A stretch of 64,000 nucleotides of DNA from Clostridia bacterium. GTDB taxonomy: Bacteria; Bacillota; Clostridia; Christensenellales; DTU072. The stretch is from contig JAEDHK010000002.1 in NCBI GenBank assembly GCA_016297005.1, positions 198,944 to 262,943 of the forward strand, in the 5' to 3' direction. Positions 45,991 through 55,549 of this stretch are shown here, one piece after another; positions within the stretch are counted from its first letter, which is position 1, and the number at the start of each line of letters is the position of its first letter. The notes beneath the pieces are model-generated. The model was not told where the DNA came from. It searched no databases and saw only the letters and a list, made by a program, of their open reading frames with translations. The position numbers and the translations under genes were made by a program.

Positions 45991-46218
45991 TTGAATACAT
46001 CTTTGGGAAAAATGAAAGCGGGACAGGAAGGCGTGGTAACCAAAGTGAACGGAACCGGAAATCTCCGCTATCGCTTGTTGGATATGGGGCTGATCCCGAA
46101 AACGCGGATCAAGGTAATTCGTTTTGCCCCCATGGGCGACCCGATGGAAATATCCTTACGCGGGTACGAATTGACTCTCCGTAAATCGGACGCCGATATG
46201 ATCGAGGTCGAAATATGA
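45991..46218 (+). CDS. feoA: ferrous iron transport protein A
   Basis: GQEGVVTKVNGTGNLRYRLLDMGLIPKTRIKV SH3-like FeoA core. Start taken as TTG 45991 behind AGGAG (alternative ATG 46012). Track start 45916 is inside the promoter. Confidence 0.85.
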   Translation: MNTSLGKMKAGQEGVVTKVNGTGNLRYRLLDMGLIPKTRIKVIRFAPMGDPMEISLRGYELTLRKSDADMIEVEI

Positions 46219-48203
46219 TTTTTGCGTTGATCGGAAATCAGAATTGCGGTAAGACCACCCTCTTCAATCAACTGACCGGCGCCAACCAACGCGTCGGCAA
46301 TTTTCCCGGCGTTACCGTCGACGGAAAATCGGGCGTCATAAAGGACGCCAAAGATTGCACCGTAGTCGATCTCCCCGGCATATATTCTCTTCGTCCGTAC
46401 TCGGGCGAAGAAGTCGTAACGAGGGATTTTTTATTGAACGGCAAGCCGGACGCCGTCATCAACATCGTAGACGCCACCAACATCGAACGAAATCTGTACC
46501 TTACATTGCAGATATTGGAGTTTCGCATTCCGACCGTCGTCGCCCTCAACATGATGGACGAAGTGATCGCAGGCGGCGGCAGTATCGATACCAATCTGTT
46601 ATCCGAACGCCTGGGCGTACCCGTTCTTCCCATTTCCGCCGTTAAAAACGAGGGCGTCTCCGACCTTGTGCGCGTCTTGAAAGAAACGGCAAAAAAGAAA
46701 ATTCTGCCCTCCGTATACGACTTTTGCGGGCCAGGGCCCATTCATCGTTGCATTCATTCGGTGGCGCATATCGTAGAAGATCACGCCGAAGCCGCCGGAA
46801 TTAATTCTCGCTTTGCCGCAGTCAAGGTCATCGAAGAAGACGAGGACGTCGTCAGGCTTCTTGAACTGGACAAAAACGAACTGGAAACGGTCGAGCACAG
46901 CGTTGTCGAAATGGAGCGCGAGCACGGTATGGATCGTCATGCGGCCGTTGCGGATATGCGATACGCCTTTATCGAAAGAACGTGCGCCGGGGTCGTCGTC
47001 AAACCGCGCGAGAGTAAAGAATACGTCCGTAGCCGAAAAATGGACAAAGTCCTTACTAACCGCTATGCGGCCATACCCATCTTTTTCGGTGTGATGGCGC
47101 TCATTTTTTACCTTACTTTTGACGTGATAGGTTATTATCTCAGCGAATTGATTGCTCTCGGCATCGATAAACTGTGCCTTTTGACGCAAGCCGGACTGGA
47201 AAAACTGCAAACCAATCCCGTTATGATCAGCCTGATCGCCGATGGTATTTTTAAGGGAGTGGGGAGCGTGCTTTCCTTTATCCCATACGTCGTCGTACTG
47301 TTCTTTTTCTTCTCTCTTCTCGAAGACACGGGATATATGGCGCGTATTGCATTCGTGATGGATAAGCCCCTTCGTAAAATCGGTTTGTCGGGAAGAAGCA
47401 TCGTACCCATGCTGATCGGTTTCGGCTGTTCCGTACCCGCCGTTATGAGCGCGCGGACCATGACCGGAAAACGCGATCGCATTATGACGACCATGCTCAT
47501 TCCTTTTATGTCCTGCTCGGCAAAGATCCCGATATACGCCCTCTTTACCGCCGCCTTCTTCCCCCAATACAGAGCGCTCGTTATGATGGCGTTGTACGTA
47601 GGCGGTATCGTCGTAGGCGTCCTGCTTGCGCTTCTTCTGAAAGTTACCGCTTTCCGCGGAAAACCCAATCCGTTCATGATGGAGTTACCAAACTATCGTT
47701 TTCCGTCGCCGAAATCGACGCTTTTGTTGATGTGGGAAAAAGCCAAAGACTTCATCGTCAAGGCTTTTACCATCATCTTCTTCGCCAGCCTGATCATCTG
47801 GTTCTTACAGACTTTCGATATCCGTTTCAATCCGGTCTCCGGAGAATCGGAAAAAAGCATGCTCGCCGCCATCGGCGGCTTTATCGCCCCCGTTTTCAGC
47901 CTCTGCGGCTTTGACAGCTGGCAGGCATCCACGGCGCTGATCGCCGGTTTTACCGCAAAAGAAGCCGTCGTCAGCACGCTCGGAGTGCTGACGGGTGATC
48001 CGTCGTCCATCTTTACCGCGGGATCCGCCATATCCTTTATGGTCTTCACCCTGCTGTATACTCCCTGCGTGGCGGCCGTTACCACTATACGGAAAGAGAC
48101 GAAGAGTGTTCCGTTTACTTTGCTGATCATACTGCTCCAATGCTTGCTCGCGTGGATCTTTTCCACCGTCGTTTATCAGATTATCGTCGCTTGCGGAGGT
48201 TAA
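46215..48203 (+). CDS. feoB: ferrous iron transport protein B
   Basis: G-domain GNQNCGKTTLFN, DLPG, then a polytopic membrane domain. 662 aa. ATGA overlap with feoA. Confidence 0.95.
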   Translation: MIFALIGNQNCGKTTLFNQLTGANQRVGNFPGVTVDGKSGVIKDAKDCTVVDLPGIYSLRPYSGEEVVTRDFLLNGKPDAVINIVDATNIERNLYLTLQILEFRIPTVVALNMMDEVIAGGGSIDTNLLSERLGVPVLPISAVKNEGVSDLVRVLKETAKKKILPSVYDFCGPGPIHRCIHSVAHIVEDHAEAAGINSRFAAVKVIEEDEDVVRLLELDKNELETVEHSVVEMEREHGMDRHAAVADMRYAFIERTCAGVVVKPRESKEYVRSRKMDKVLTNRYAAIPIFFGVMALIFYLTFDVIGYYLSELIALGIDKLCLLTQAGLEKLQTNPVMISLIADGIFKGVGSVLSFIPYVVVLFFFFSLLEDTGYMARIAFVMDKPLRKIGLSGRSIVPMLIGFGCSVPAVMSARTMTGKRDRIMTTMLIPFMSCSAKIPIYALFTAAFFPQYRALVMMALYVGGIVVGVLLALLLKVTAFRGKPNPFMMELPNYRFPSPKSTLLLMWEKAKDFIVKAFTIIFFASLIIWFLQTFDIRFNPVSGESEKSMLAAIGGFIAPVFSLCGFDSWQASTALIAGFTAKEAVVSTLGVLTGDPSSIFTAGSAISFMVFTLLYTPCVAAVTTIRKETKSVPFTLLIILLQCLLAWIFSTVVYQIIVACGG

Positions 48204-48207
48204 CGCT

Positions 48208-48420
48208 ATGAAAGCGGGGGAGATCATCGCCATCGTCATCGTCGCATTTTTCGTCATCCTTGCCGTCGCGCTGATGATCCGCAATCGCAAAAAGGGCAAA
48301 AAGTGTTGCGGCTGTTCCGGCGACTGCTCGGGTTGCGGCTGCAAAGACGATATCGTTTGCAACCGATGCGAGCGAAAAAAAGTCCCCGGCGCAACAGAAG
48401 AAAGACCGCATAAAGATTAA
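48208..48420 (+). CDS. FeoB-associated Cys-rich membrane protein
   Basis: 70 aa. One TM helix then KKCCGCSGDCSGCGC. Immediately downstream of feoB. Confidence 0.8.
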   Translation: MKAGEIIAIVIVAFFVILAVALMIRNRKKGKKCCGCSGDCSGCGCKDDIVCNRCERKKVPGATEERPHKD

Positions 48421-48547
48421 AAATCTTCTATGTTGCGGTTTTTCAGTAAAATGTGTTATACTGAATAACGGTGCTCGACTAACGTCGCAACTTCGTCGTC
48501 GCCGCGCCTGATACAAAACTCTACCTCACTGAAAGGAGAAATAAATA

Positions 48548-49063
48548 ATGTGCATTTTTACCATCGTAACGTACAATAAGCTCGTTAAACTTCGTAGCCG
48601 GGTCGACAATGCCTGGGCGCAGATCGACGTGCAACTCAAAAAGAGATTCGATCTCGTCCCCAATCTTGTCGAAACGGTCAAAGGTTATGCCGGGCATGAA
48701 AAAGACGTCCTGACCAAGGTCACGCAAGCCCGCGCTTCGGTCGGTTCCGCCAAAACACAGGAAGAAGCCATTCAGGCCAACAAAGAGTTGTCCGGCGCAC
48801 TCGCTCGCTTGCTTGTCGTCGCGGAAAGATATCCCGAACTGAAAGCCGATTCTCACTTCCTGAGCTTGCAAAATTCCCTTGCCGAATTGGAAAACAAAAT
48901 CGCATACGCACGGCAATTTTATAACGATACCGTTATGAATTACAACCAGAAGAGAGAACTCTTCCCCGGTAACATTATCGCCAATATTTTCAAGTTCAAA
49001 GAAAGACCTTATTTCAGGATTGACGAAGCCGAGAAAGCTGCGCCCACCGTTTCTTTCTCATGA
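48548..49063 (+). CDS. lemA: LemA family protein (N-terminal TM helix essentially absent)
   Basis: YNKLVKLRSRVDNAWAQIDVQLKKRFDLVPNLVETVKGYA..ARQFYNDTV typical LemA. An in-frame TAA 2 codons upstream of the ATG limits the N-terminus to MCIFTIV. Confidence 0.85.
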   Translation: MCIFTIVTYNKLVKLRSRVDNAWAQIDVQLKKRFDLVPNLVETVKGYAGHEKDVLTKVTQARASVGSAKTQEEAIQANKELSGALARLLVVAERYPELKADSHFLSLQNSLAELENKIAYARQFYNDTVMNYNQKRELFPGNIIANIFKFKERPYFRIDEAEKAAPTVSFS

Positions 49064-51018
49064 AAAAAATAATCGTTTGCGTTTTGCTGGTCGCCGTTCT
49101 GGCGGCCGGTCTTTTTACGTTATCGTCTTGTACGCAAAAAGGCGATCTGTGGATCAACTCCGCAGAGATTTCGGCCGTTCTGGATAAAAACGGGACTTTG
49201 ACCGTAACCGAAACCTGGCACGTAAAAACCTCGTCCGAAGAGGGCTACCGTAACTTATACCGAAAAATAAACCCTTTCGACGAGAAGTTCGGGACCTCGT
49301 GCGATTTCGTCTTTCTGGGCGCGGAAAATCCGGATGACAATCTATCTTATCCGATTGAGTCGGACGTGGAAAACATGGACGGCGATTATGAATATAACGT
49401 ATCTCATTACAAAAACAAGTCCTACGTTATTCAGGACGGCACCGAATATGAGATCGGCGTTATCATTCCTCGTCTCGAAAGCGGAGACGCAACGACCGTT
49501 ACCTTTTCTTACCTTTTTGAAGACTTCGCCGGATCGTACGCCGACGTTGCGGAACTGGATTGGAAGCCCTTTTCTTCTTCTTTTTCCATGTATATTAAAA
49601 ATCTGACCATGACGATCGCCATGCCCGATTCTGTGGACTATTCCGATTGGGAGAACACTTTCGCATGGCTCCATTGCACGGCGGCAAGCGAGCTGACGCT
49701 GCATAAAAACGTCATTACCGTTACGGCGGAAAAGATACCGGCAGGCACCGACGTCGGCGTTCATTCTCTCGTTCCCACCTCCTCTTTTACCAACCTGAAA
49801 AAAACCTCTTCCGCAAATAAAAAGAGCGCGCTCATCGCACAGGAAGACGCCTGGCAGATCGAATATGAAAAACAACAACGTCTCCTTGCCATCCTCGGCC
49901 TCGTTGATATTGTAGCAAGCCTTCTCTTGGTCCTCTTTTCCGTTATTTTGGTCGTGCTCTCTCATTATTTCGGACCGTATAGGAACAAAAACAAAGAGTA
50001 TCTTCGCGAGATCCCGAGTTCCTGGACTGCGGCGGGAATGGGAGAATTCTTTTATCACTATAAAGGCGGCGCGGCGCGTCACACCGGAGCTTTATTGTCC
50101 GCCACCATGCTCGATCTTGCCCGACGAGATTATCTCGATATCCTGCCCGATAAAAAACAGAGCTATCTGATCGGCGTTCGCGCCGTTCCTCAGGCTCAAA
50201 AAGACGACCTGAGAAATTTCGAGTACGAATTAATGGTCCTTTTATCCAAGGTACAGGATTCTTGCGGCGGAGCTTTCTCCATGAAGCAATTCGAGAACTA
50301 CGCGAAAAAGAATATCACTTTCGTCAACAGACAGACGCAGGCATTTCTGAAAAAAGCAAGCGCAGGCTTTAACCGCGCAAAATATGTTTCCTCTTTCTGT
50401 CGTTGGCACGTAGCGGGGATCTTCTTCGGGCTGTTCTGCTTTCTTGCCGCATTCCTTTCGGTCGCCGTTTTCAGTCAGTACTTCGCTTTCCTTTTTTTCG
50501 GCGGCGCCGTCGCGGGTCTGCTTTCCGTCTTCGGTTCGTTTAAAATCCCCAAATTAACGCCCGAGGGAGAAAAGATACACGCGCAAACCATTGCGCTTCG
50601 CGATTATATGCTGGACTTTTCCAACTTAAAAGAGTACGACGTTCCGCAACTTGTTTTGTGGGAAGAATACCTCGTTTATGCCACAATGATGGGCATCAGC
50701 GAAAAGGTAGTCAAAAAGTTAAAGCTTGTCTATAAAGAATTGCAGGATCCGCACTTTACCGATTGGGATTATAGTCGGGGATACTTCTTTACTTATATGT
50801 ATCTTGCTTCTCGTCCTCACGTCGGAGCGCCCGCGTTCGACCTGGGCAAATCTATGCAAACGTCCCTCCGCAACGCGAACGCTTTTTCTCACGCGCAACG
50901 ATTGATGAGTAACGGCGGTAACGGCGGCGGCAACGGCGGCGGATTCGGAGGTCATGGCGGCGGCGGATTCTTCGGCGGCGGCGGGTTCGGAGGCGGCGGT
51001 GGCGGCGGACGCCATTGA
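49060..51018 (+). CDS. DUF2207 domain membrane protein with Gly-rich C-terminus
   Basis: Lipoprotein-like signal (LSSC), extracytoplasmic N-domain, TM helices, C-terminal GGNGGGNGGGFGGHGGGGFFGGGGFGGGGGGG. 4-nt overlap with lemA. Confidence 0.8.
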   Translation: MKKIIVCVLLVAVLAAGLFTLSSCTQKGDLWINSAEISAVLDKNGTLTVTETWHVKTSSEEGYRNLYRKINPFDEKFGTSCDFVFLGAENPDDNLSYPIESDVENMDGDYEYNVSHYKNKSYVIQDGTEYEIGVIIPRLESGDATTVTFSYLFEDFAGSYADVAELDWKPFSSSFSMYIKNLTMTIAMPDSVDYSDWENTFAWLHCTAASELTLHKNVITVTAEKIPAGTDVGVHSLVPTSSFTNLKKTSSANKKSALIAQEDAWQIEYEKQQRLLAILGLVDIVASLLLVLFSVILVVLSHYFGPYRNKNKEYLREIPSSWTAAGMGEFFYHYKGGAARHTGALLSATMLDLARRDYLDILPDKKQSYLIGVRAVPQAQKDDLRNFEYELMVLLSKVQDSCGGAFSMKQFENYAKKNITFVNRQTQAFLKKASAGFNRAKYVSSFCRWHVAGIFFGLFCFLAAFLSVAVFSQYFAFLFFGGAVAGLLSVFGSFKIPKLTPEGEKIHAQTIALRDYMLDFSNLKEYDVPQLVLWEEYLVYATMMGISEKVVKKLKLVYKELQDPHFTDWDYSRGYFFTYMYLASRPHVGAPAFDLGKSMQTSLRNANAFSHAQRLMSNGGNGGGNGGGFGGHGGGGFFGGGGFGGGGGGGRH

Positions 51019-51034
51019 TCGTGCCGTAAGATAA

Positions 51035-51538
51035 ATGAAGGAGGACGCTTTTTCGGTGATCATGCACGAACTCCCGCCCGTATACGACGAGCGGTCGAAA
51101 ATCCTCATTTTAGGTTCTTTCCCTTCGCCGAAATCACGCGAGACGGGATTTTATTACGGTCATCCGCAAAACCGCTTCTGGAAAGTCCTCTCTGCCGTTT
51201 TCAACGAGAAGACGCCGGAAGCCATCGACGAAAAAAAGGCCTTTCTGCACGCGCACTCCATCGCGCTTTGGGACGTGATCGCTTCTTGCGATATCAAAGG
51301 CGCGGGAGACGGTACCATAAAAAACGCCTTGCCGAACGACTTTTCCGTCATCTTTTCGGCAGCGAACATAACCGCGGTCTTTACCACCGGACAAAAGGCC
51401 GCCGGACTGTATAAAAAATTTACCGGAAACGACAGTATCGTTCTGCCGTCGCCCTCTCCGGCAAATTGCGCACTGTCCATAGACGACCTTGTGCGAAAAT
51501 ATGAAATAATAAAACGAGTTTTAACGGAGGAAAAATGA
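51035..51538 (+). CDS. DNA-deoxyinosine (hypoxanthine) glycosylase, UDG superfamily
   Basis: ILILGSFPSPKSRETGFYYGHPQNRFWKVL motif block. Start uncertain (ATG 51035, GTG 51056 or ATG 51062; GGAGG at 51040-51044). Confidence 0.8.
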   Translation: MKEDAFSVIMHELPPVYDERSKILILGSFPSPKSRETGFYYGHPQNRFWKVLSAVFNEKTPEAIDEKKAFLHAHSIALWDVIASCDIKGAGDGTIKNALPNDFSVIFSAANITAVFTTGQKAAGLYKKFTGNDSIVLPSPSPANCALSIDDLVRKYEIIKRVLTEEK

Positions 51539-52467
51539 AAGAGATACGTGACGTAGCCGGCGCAATTTTTATTAAGGACGGCAAAATTTTTGCGGCAAAG
51601 CGCGGAAACAGCAAGTTCCCGTACGTCGCACACAAATACGAATTCGTCGGCGGAAAGCGCGAAGACGGCGAAACGTGCGAAGACGCTCTTATTCGGGAAT
51701 GTCGCGAAGAAATGAACGTCGATATCGCCGTCGTCAGACCTTTTATGACGTTGAGACACGACTATCCGGATTTTTCCATTTATCTGCATACCTTCCTGGC
51801 CGAAATGCTTGGCGAACCGGAAAGAAAGGAACACGAGTCTTTTTCCTGGATCGATATTTCCGGCTTGAAAGAAGAAGAATGGGCCCCCGCGGACGCGTCG
51901 GTCATACGTAAAATACGCTTTAATTACGGCGATCTGACGGAAAAAAAAGTTTCCGGAGAAGATATCTTTAACGGACGCGTCGTGAACGTCAAACGCGACG
52001 TCGTTCTTCTCCCCAACGGAAAGACCTCTTATCGGGAGTTGATCCGACATAAAGGTGCGGCCGGCGTATTGGTTGTGGACGAACGCGAAAACGTTTATCT
52101 TTGCAAACAATACCGTTATCCGATCGGGCGGACGACCTTGGAGATCCCGGCAGGGAAGCGCGACAGCTTAGAAGAAAACTATGAAGACACGGCTATACGG
52201 GAATTGCGCGAAGAACTGGGCGTTATCGACGCGGAGCTGTCTCCGCTCGGAAAGATGCTCCCCGCCGTCGGGTACAGCGACGAAACGATCGCGCTGTATC
52301 TTGCCGAACGTCCCACTTTCGGACAACAGGAATTAGACGAAGACGAGTTTCTGAACGTGGTGGTTCTGCCTTTCAAAGAAGCTCTGAAAATGTGTATGGA
52401 CGGAGTTATCGAAGACTCTAAAACGCTGGTTGCATTACTTAAATACAAGGCGATAAAGAACATATGA
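51535..52467 (+). CDS. double Nudix hydrolase fusion (MutT/NudG-like N-domain + ADP-ribose pyrophosphatase-like C-domain)
   Basis: Two Nudix boxes: GGKREDGETCEDALIRECREEMNV and PAGKRDSLEENYEDTAIRELREELGV. ATGA overlaps with both neighbours. Confidence 0.85.
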   Translation: MKEIRDVAGAIFIKDGKIFAAKRGNSKFPYVAHKYEFVGGKREDGETCEDALIRECREEMNVDIAVVRPFMTLRHDYPDFSIYLHTFLAEMLGEPERKEHESFSWIDISGLKEEEWAPADASVIRKIRFNYGDLTEKKVSGEDIFNGRVVNVKRDVVLLPNGKTSYRELIRHKGAAGVLVVDERENVYLCKQYRYPIGRTTLEIPAGKRDSLEENYEDTAIRELREELGVIDAELSPLGKMLPAVGYSDETIALYLAERPTFGQQELDEDEFLNVVVLPFKEALKMCMDGVIEDSKTLVALLKYKAIKNI

Positions 52468-53783
52468 GAAAAAGACTATTCGCGGTCGTTGCCGCCTTTT
52501 GTACCCTGTGCCTGCTCCTTTGCGCTTGTTCTAAAAAAGAAGAGCAGGCTCCCCCGGCGCCTTCTTCTATCGTTTACCGAACGATATCTTTTCCGACGGC
52601 CGAAGGGATCGGCGCCGCCGTCTCCTCTTTAGAAAACAACGCCGTTAAAGAAAACGGACCCGATTATGACGAGGTTCATCCGATGTCCGAAGAGGTCGTT
52701 TATGTCACGCTTGCCGACGGAAGCACCGTCGTTACGGACAAAAACGGCAACCCGTACCCGGATGGGTATGCCGAAGTGTCGGGCGATACCCTGCATATTA
52801 TAAAGGCCGGGACGTACGAACTGGTCGGCTCTCTTTCCGACGGACAGATCATTGTGTCAACGGACGATCGGGTACAACTTCTTTTCCGCGGCGTTACCAT
52901 CTCTTGCAGCGATCGTCCGGCAATCGAGATATACGGAACGGGCAAAAAGGTTCTGACGCTCGCAAGAGGCTCCGTCAACCGCCTTTCCGACGGTCCCGAA
53001 CGTTCGGAAGCAACCAAGGACGGCGTTATCCGCGCCGCTCACGCCGTGACCATCGACGGAAAAGGTTCTCTCGAGATTTCGGCAAAGTTCGGCGCCGCAA
53101 TCATTGCCGACGCCATCAAAGTTATCGACAGTACTCTTACCGTATCGGAAGCGAAAACTCACGCCCTTTGCAGCGGAACGTTTTTGCTGCTTTCTCATGC
53201 GAACGTAACCCTTAATTGTCAAGAATCTTCTCTCCTTGCCACCGACGAAGTAATCCTGTCCGGCGCGACTCTCTCCGCTCGCGGCGCTATCGGCGCCCGG
53301 GACTTTTTTGCCGACGGGACGACGATCAATCTGATTTCCCGAGAGGACGGCATATGCGCGTCGCGCCTGATTTCGGCGCAAAACTCCTCCTTGTTCATCG
53401 ACGCGGAAGGCGACGGTTTGCGCGCGACGGGAGAGGACGCGGCGTCCTTAGACGGTATCGTTCGCCTTTACGAATGCACGACTGTCGTTTCGGACGGCGA
53501 CGACGGGATCCGGGCGCGTTATTTCTCCTTTTCCGGCGGCAACCTGATTTGCGTCGGCATGGGAACGCAACTCTGCGTTACGGAAGGCGCGGTTTGTTCC
53601 CGGGATATATCGGAGTTTCTGTTCCCGGACGGTATTTCTTCCGGAGCTGATCTGCAACTGGGCGAAACGAATGTAACGTTAAAAAGAAGCGGAAGGATCG
53701 TCGTTTACGTCGGACCGATCTATGAACAAATGGATCTGCGCGTCGACGAAAAAGTTGTTTTTACTTTGGCTAATGTAGAGTAA
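52464..53783 (+). CDS. lipoprotein with Cthe_2159-like carbohydrate-binding/beta-helix domain
   Basis: Lipobox LLLCAC. GTYELVGSLSDGQIIV and repeated G..I..A motif pattern as in DUF4353/Cthe_2159 proteins. Confidence 0.65.
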   Translation: MRKRLFAVVAAFCTLCLLLCACSKKEEQAPPAPSSIVYRTISFPTAEGIGAAVSSLENNAVKENGPDYDEVHPMSEEVVYVTLADGSTVVTDKNGNPYPDGYAEVSGDTLHIIKAGTYELVGSLSDGQIIVSTDDRVQLLFRGVTISCSDRPAIEIYGTGKKVLTLARGSVNRLSDGPERSEATKDGVIRAAHAVTIDGKGSLEISAKFGAAIIADAIKVIDSTLTVSEAKTHALCSGTFLLLSHANVTLNCQESSLLATDEVILSGATLSARGAIGARDFFADGTTINLISREDGICASRLISAQNSSLFIDAEGDGLRATGEDAASLDGIVRLYECTTVVSDGDDGIRARYFSFSGGNLICVGMGTQLCVTEGAVCSRDISEFLFPDGISSGADLQLGETNVTLKRSGRIVVYVGPIYEQMDLRVDEKVVFTLANVE

Positions 53784-53881
53784 TCAGTTCTTTTTTATCC
53801 AAGGAACTTGATTTTTCGACCGGTTTTTTGGTATACTAGTCATAAAAAAATAAAAATGATCTGCAAAAGAGAGGTTCCATT

Positions 53882-54424
53882 ATGATGTATGAAGATATCG
53901 AATCCGTTCTGATCGATCGGAACGCCATTCAGACGCGTATTAAAGAAATAGCCGCTCAGATTGAAAAAGACTATCGGGGCGAAAGCGTCGTTATGATCTG
54001 CATCCTGCGCGGCGCGTCCGTTTTTTTCTGCGATCTGGTCAGAGAGCTCGACCTGGACGTTCGGTTTGAATTCATGTCCGTATCGAGCTACGGCTCGGGT
54101 ACGACCAGCAGCGGAGAGGTCCGCATCGTTAAAGATATCAACGCTCCGCTGGCCGGCCGGAACGTCATCATTGTCGAAGATATCATCGACAGCGGAAACA
54201 CTCTTTCTTACTTAAAGAGACTTTTAGACCAAAGAAACCCGAAGAGCCTGAAAATATGCGCTTTGCTCGACAAGCCTTCTCGCAGAAAGGTAGAACTCCA
54301 AGGCGATTACGTCGGCTTTACCGTAGAAGATAAGTTTTTGGTCGGTTATGGTCTCGATTACGCCGAAAAATACAGAAACTTGAAAGATATCGGCGTTTTA
54401 AAACCGGAAATTTATCAAAATTAA
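53882..54424 (+). CDS. hpt: hypoxanthine phosphoribosyltransferase
   Basis: PRPP motif VIIVEDIIDSGNTL. 180 aa. Confidence 0.93.
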   Translation: MMYEDIESVLIDRNAIQTRIKEIAAQIEKDYRGESVVMICILRGASVFFCDLVRELDLDVRFEFMSVSSYGSGTTSSGEVRIVKDINAPLAGRNVIIVEDIIDSGNTLSYLKRLLDQRNPKSLKICALLDKPSRRKVELQGDYVGFTVEDKFLVGYGLDYAEKYRNLKDIGVLKPEIYQN

Positions 54425-54433
54425 AGGACGAAC

Positions 54434-55126
54434 ATGGCTAATAACGAAACGGAAGCCCTTTCCAGAGAAGGGCACAGAAAAAGAGTCAGAGGACAACTGA
54501 TACGGTCGGGTATCTCGACGTTTGCTGACTATCAGATTCTGGAATATCTTCTTTTTTACGGTGTTCCCCGTAAGGATACGAAGGCCATGGCTTATCAACT
54601 GATGGGAAAGTTCGGTAGCTTTACCGGCGTTCTCGACGCCAACATATCGCAATTGATGGAAGTCCCCGGCATCACGTATAACGCGGCCGTTCTTCTGCAC
54701 TCTTTGCCGCAGATTTGCTCTCGTTACGAACTTAAACGTCTTGCCGGAAAAAGAATCTATACCTGCAAACAGCTCGTTCCTTTTATCCGCGCCCTGTCTC
54801 CTCTCGATAAAGAATCTATGACGGTGGTTTGTCTGGACGAAAACAGTAACTTTATATGCAGTATCGACGCGACGGACGTCGGAAAGAAAGAGCGCGTCCT
54901 CATCAATATCAAGGATACCCTTGCCGGAGCCGTGGAAAGCGGCGCAACGCAAGTCATCCTCGCGCATAACCATCCGTCCGGCAACAACGCTCCCTCGCAT
55001 GACGACATCGACTCCACAAAAAGATTGACGCGTCTTTTTATGAATTCTTCCGTTTCCGTGCTCGACCACATCATCGTGACGCCGACGGGCGCTTTCAGCA
55101 TCTTTCATAACAAGGAGATAGAATAA
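54434..55126 (+). CDS. radC: RadC-like JAMM domain protein
   Basis: N-terminal HhH region, C-terminal JAMM motif LAHNHPSGNNAPSHDD. Confidence 0.9.
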   Translation: MANNETEALSREGHRKRVRGQLIRSGISTFADYQILEYLLFYGVPRKDTKAMAYQLMGKFGSFTGVLDANISQLMEVPGITYNAAVLLHSLPQICSRYELKRLAGKRIYTCKQLVPFIRALSPLDKESMTVVCLDENSNFICSIDATDVGKKERVLINIKDTLAGAVESGATQVILAHNHPSGNNAPSHDDIDSTKRLTRLFMNSSVSVLDHIIVTPTGAFSIFHNKEIE

Positions 55127-55132
55127 TTCCGT

Positions 55133-55549
55133 ATGGATTCGTTTTTACCTTTCTCTCAACTAAACATTCCAAAAGACGATCTCCGCCATGCCAGTCCGCT
55201 TTCTCTCAGCTTTGTCGGCGACGGCGTACATACGTTATACATACGCGCCAAAGGCTACCCGCAGGGGCGATATAAAAACAGCGCCATGCACTTTATGGCC
55301 GTCAAAGAGGTTTGCGCCGAACGGCAGGCAGAACTTGCCAGAATAATGGAGCCGATGCTGACGGAGGAAGAGGATTACTTTTTTAAAAAAGCACGTAGCG
55401 CAAAGGTCCATTCCGTACCCGGACATGCGACCACTTATCAATACAATATGGCCACCGCGTTCGAAGCCGTCGTCGGATATCTGTATTTATCCGGTCAGAA
55501 CGACCGCCTCAAACAGTTGATGGACGACCTTTACGGAGGAAAAGAATGA
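55133..55549 (+). CDS. mrnC: mini-ribonuclease 3
   Basis: LSLSFVGDGVHTLYIR catalytic motif. 138 aa. Conserved position before rlmB. Confidence 0.85.
   Translation: MDSFLPFSQLNIPKDDLRHASPLSLSFVGDGVHTLYIRAKGYPQGRYKNSAMHFMAVKEVCAERQAELARIMEPMLTEEEDYFFKKARSAKVHSVPGHATTYQYNMATAFEAVVGYLYLSGQNDRLKQLMDDLYGGKE

Noticed and set aside
46599-47567. 322-aa minus-strand ORF
   Set aside because: It is antisense to feoB, which has an unambiguous G-domain and membrane domain.
51160-52110. 316-aa minus-strand ORF
   Set aside because: It is antisense across the glycosylase and Nudix genes, both of which carry diagnostic motifs.
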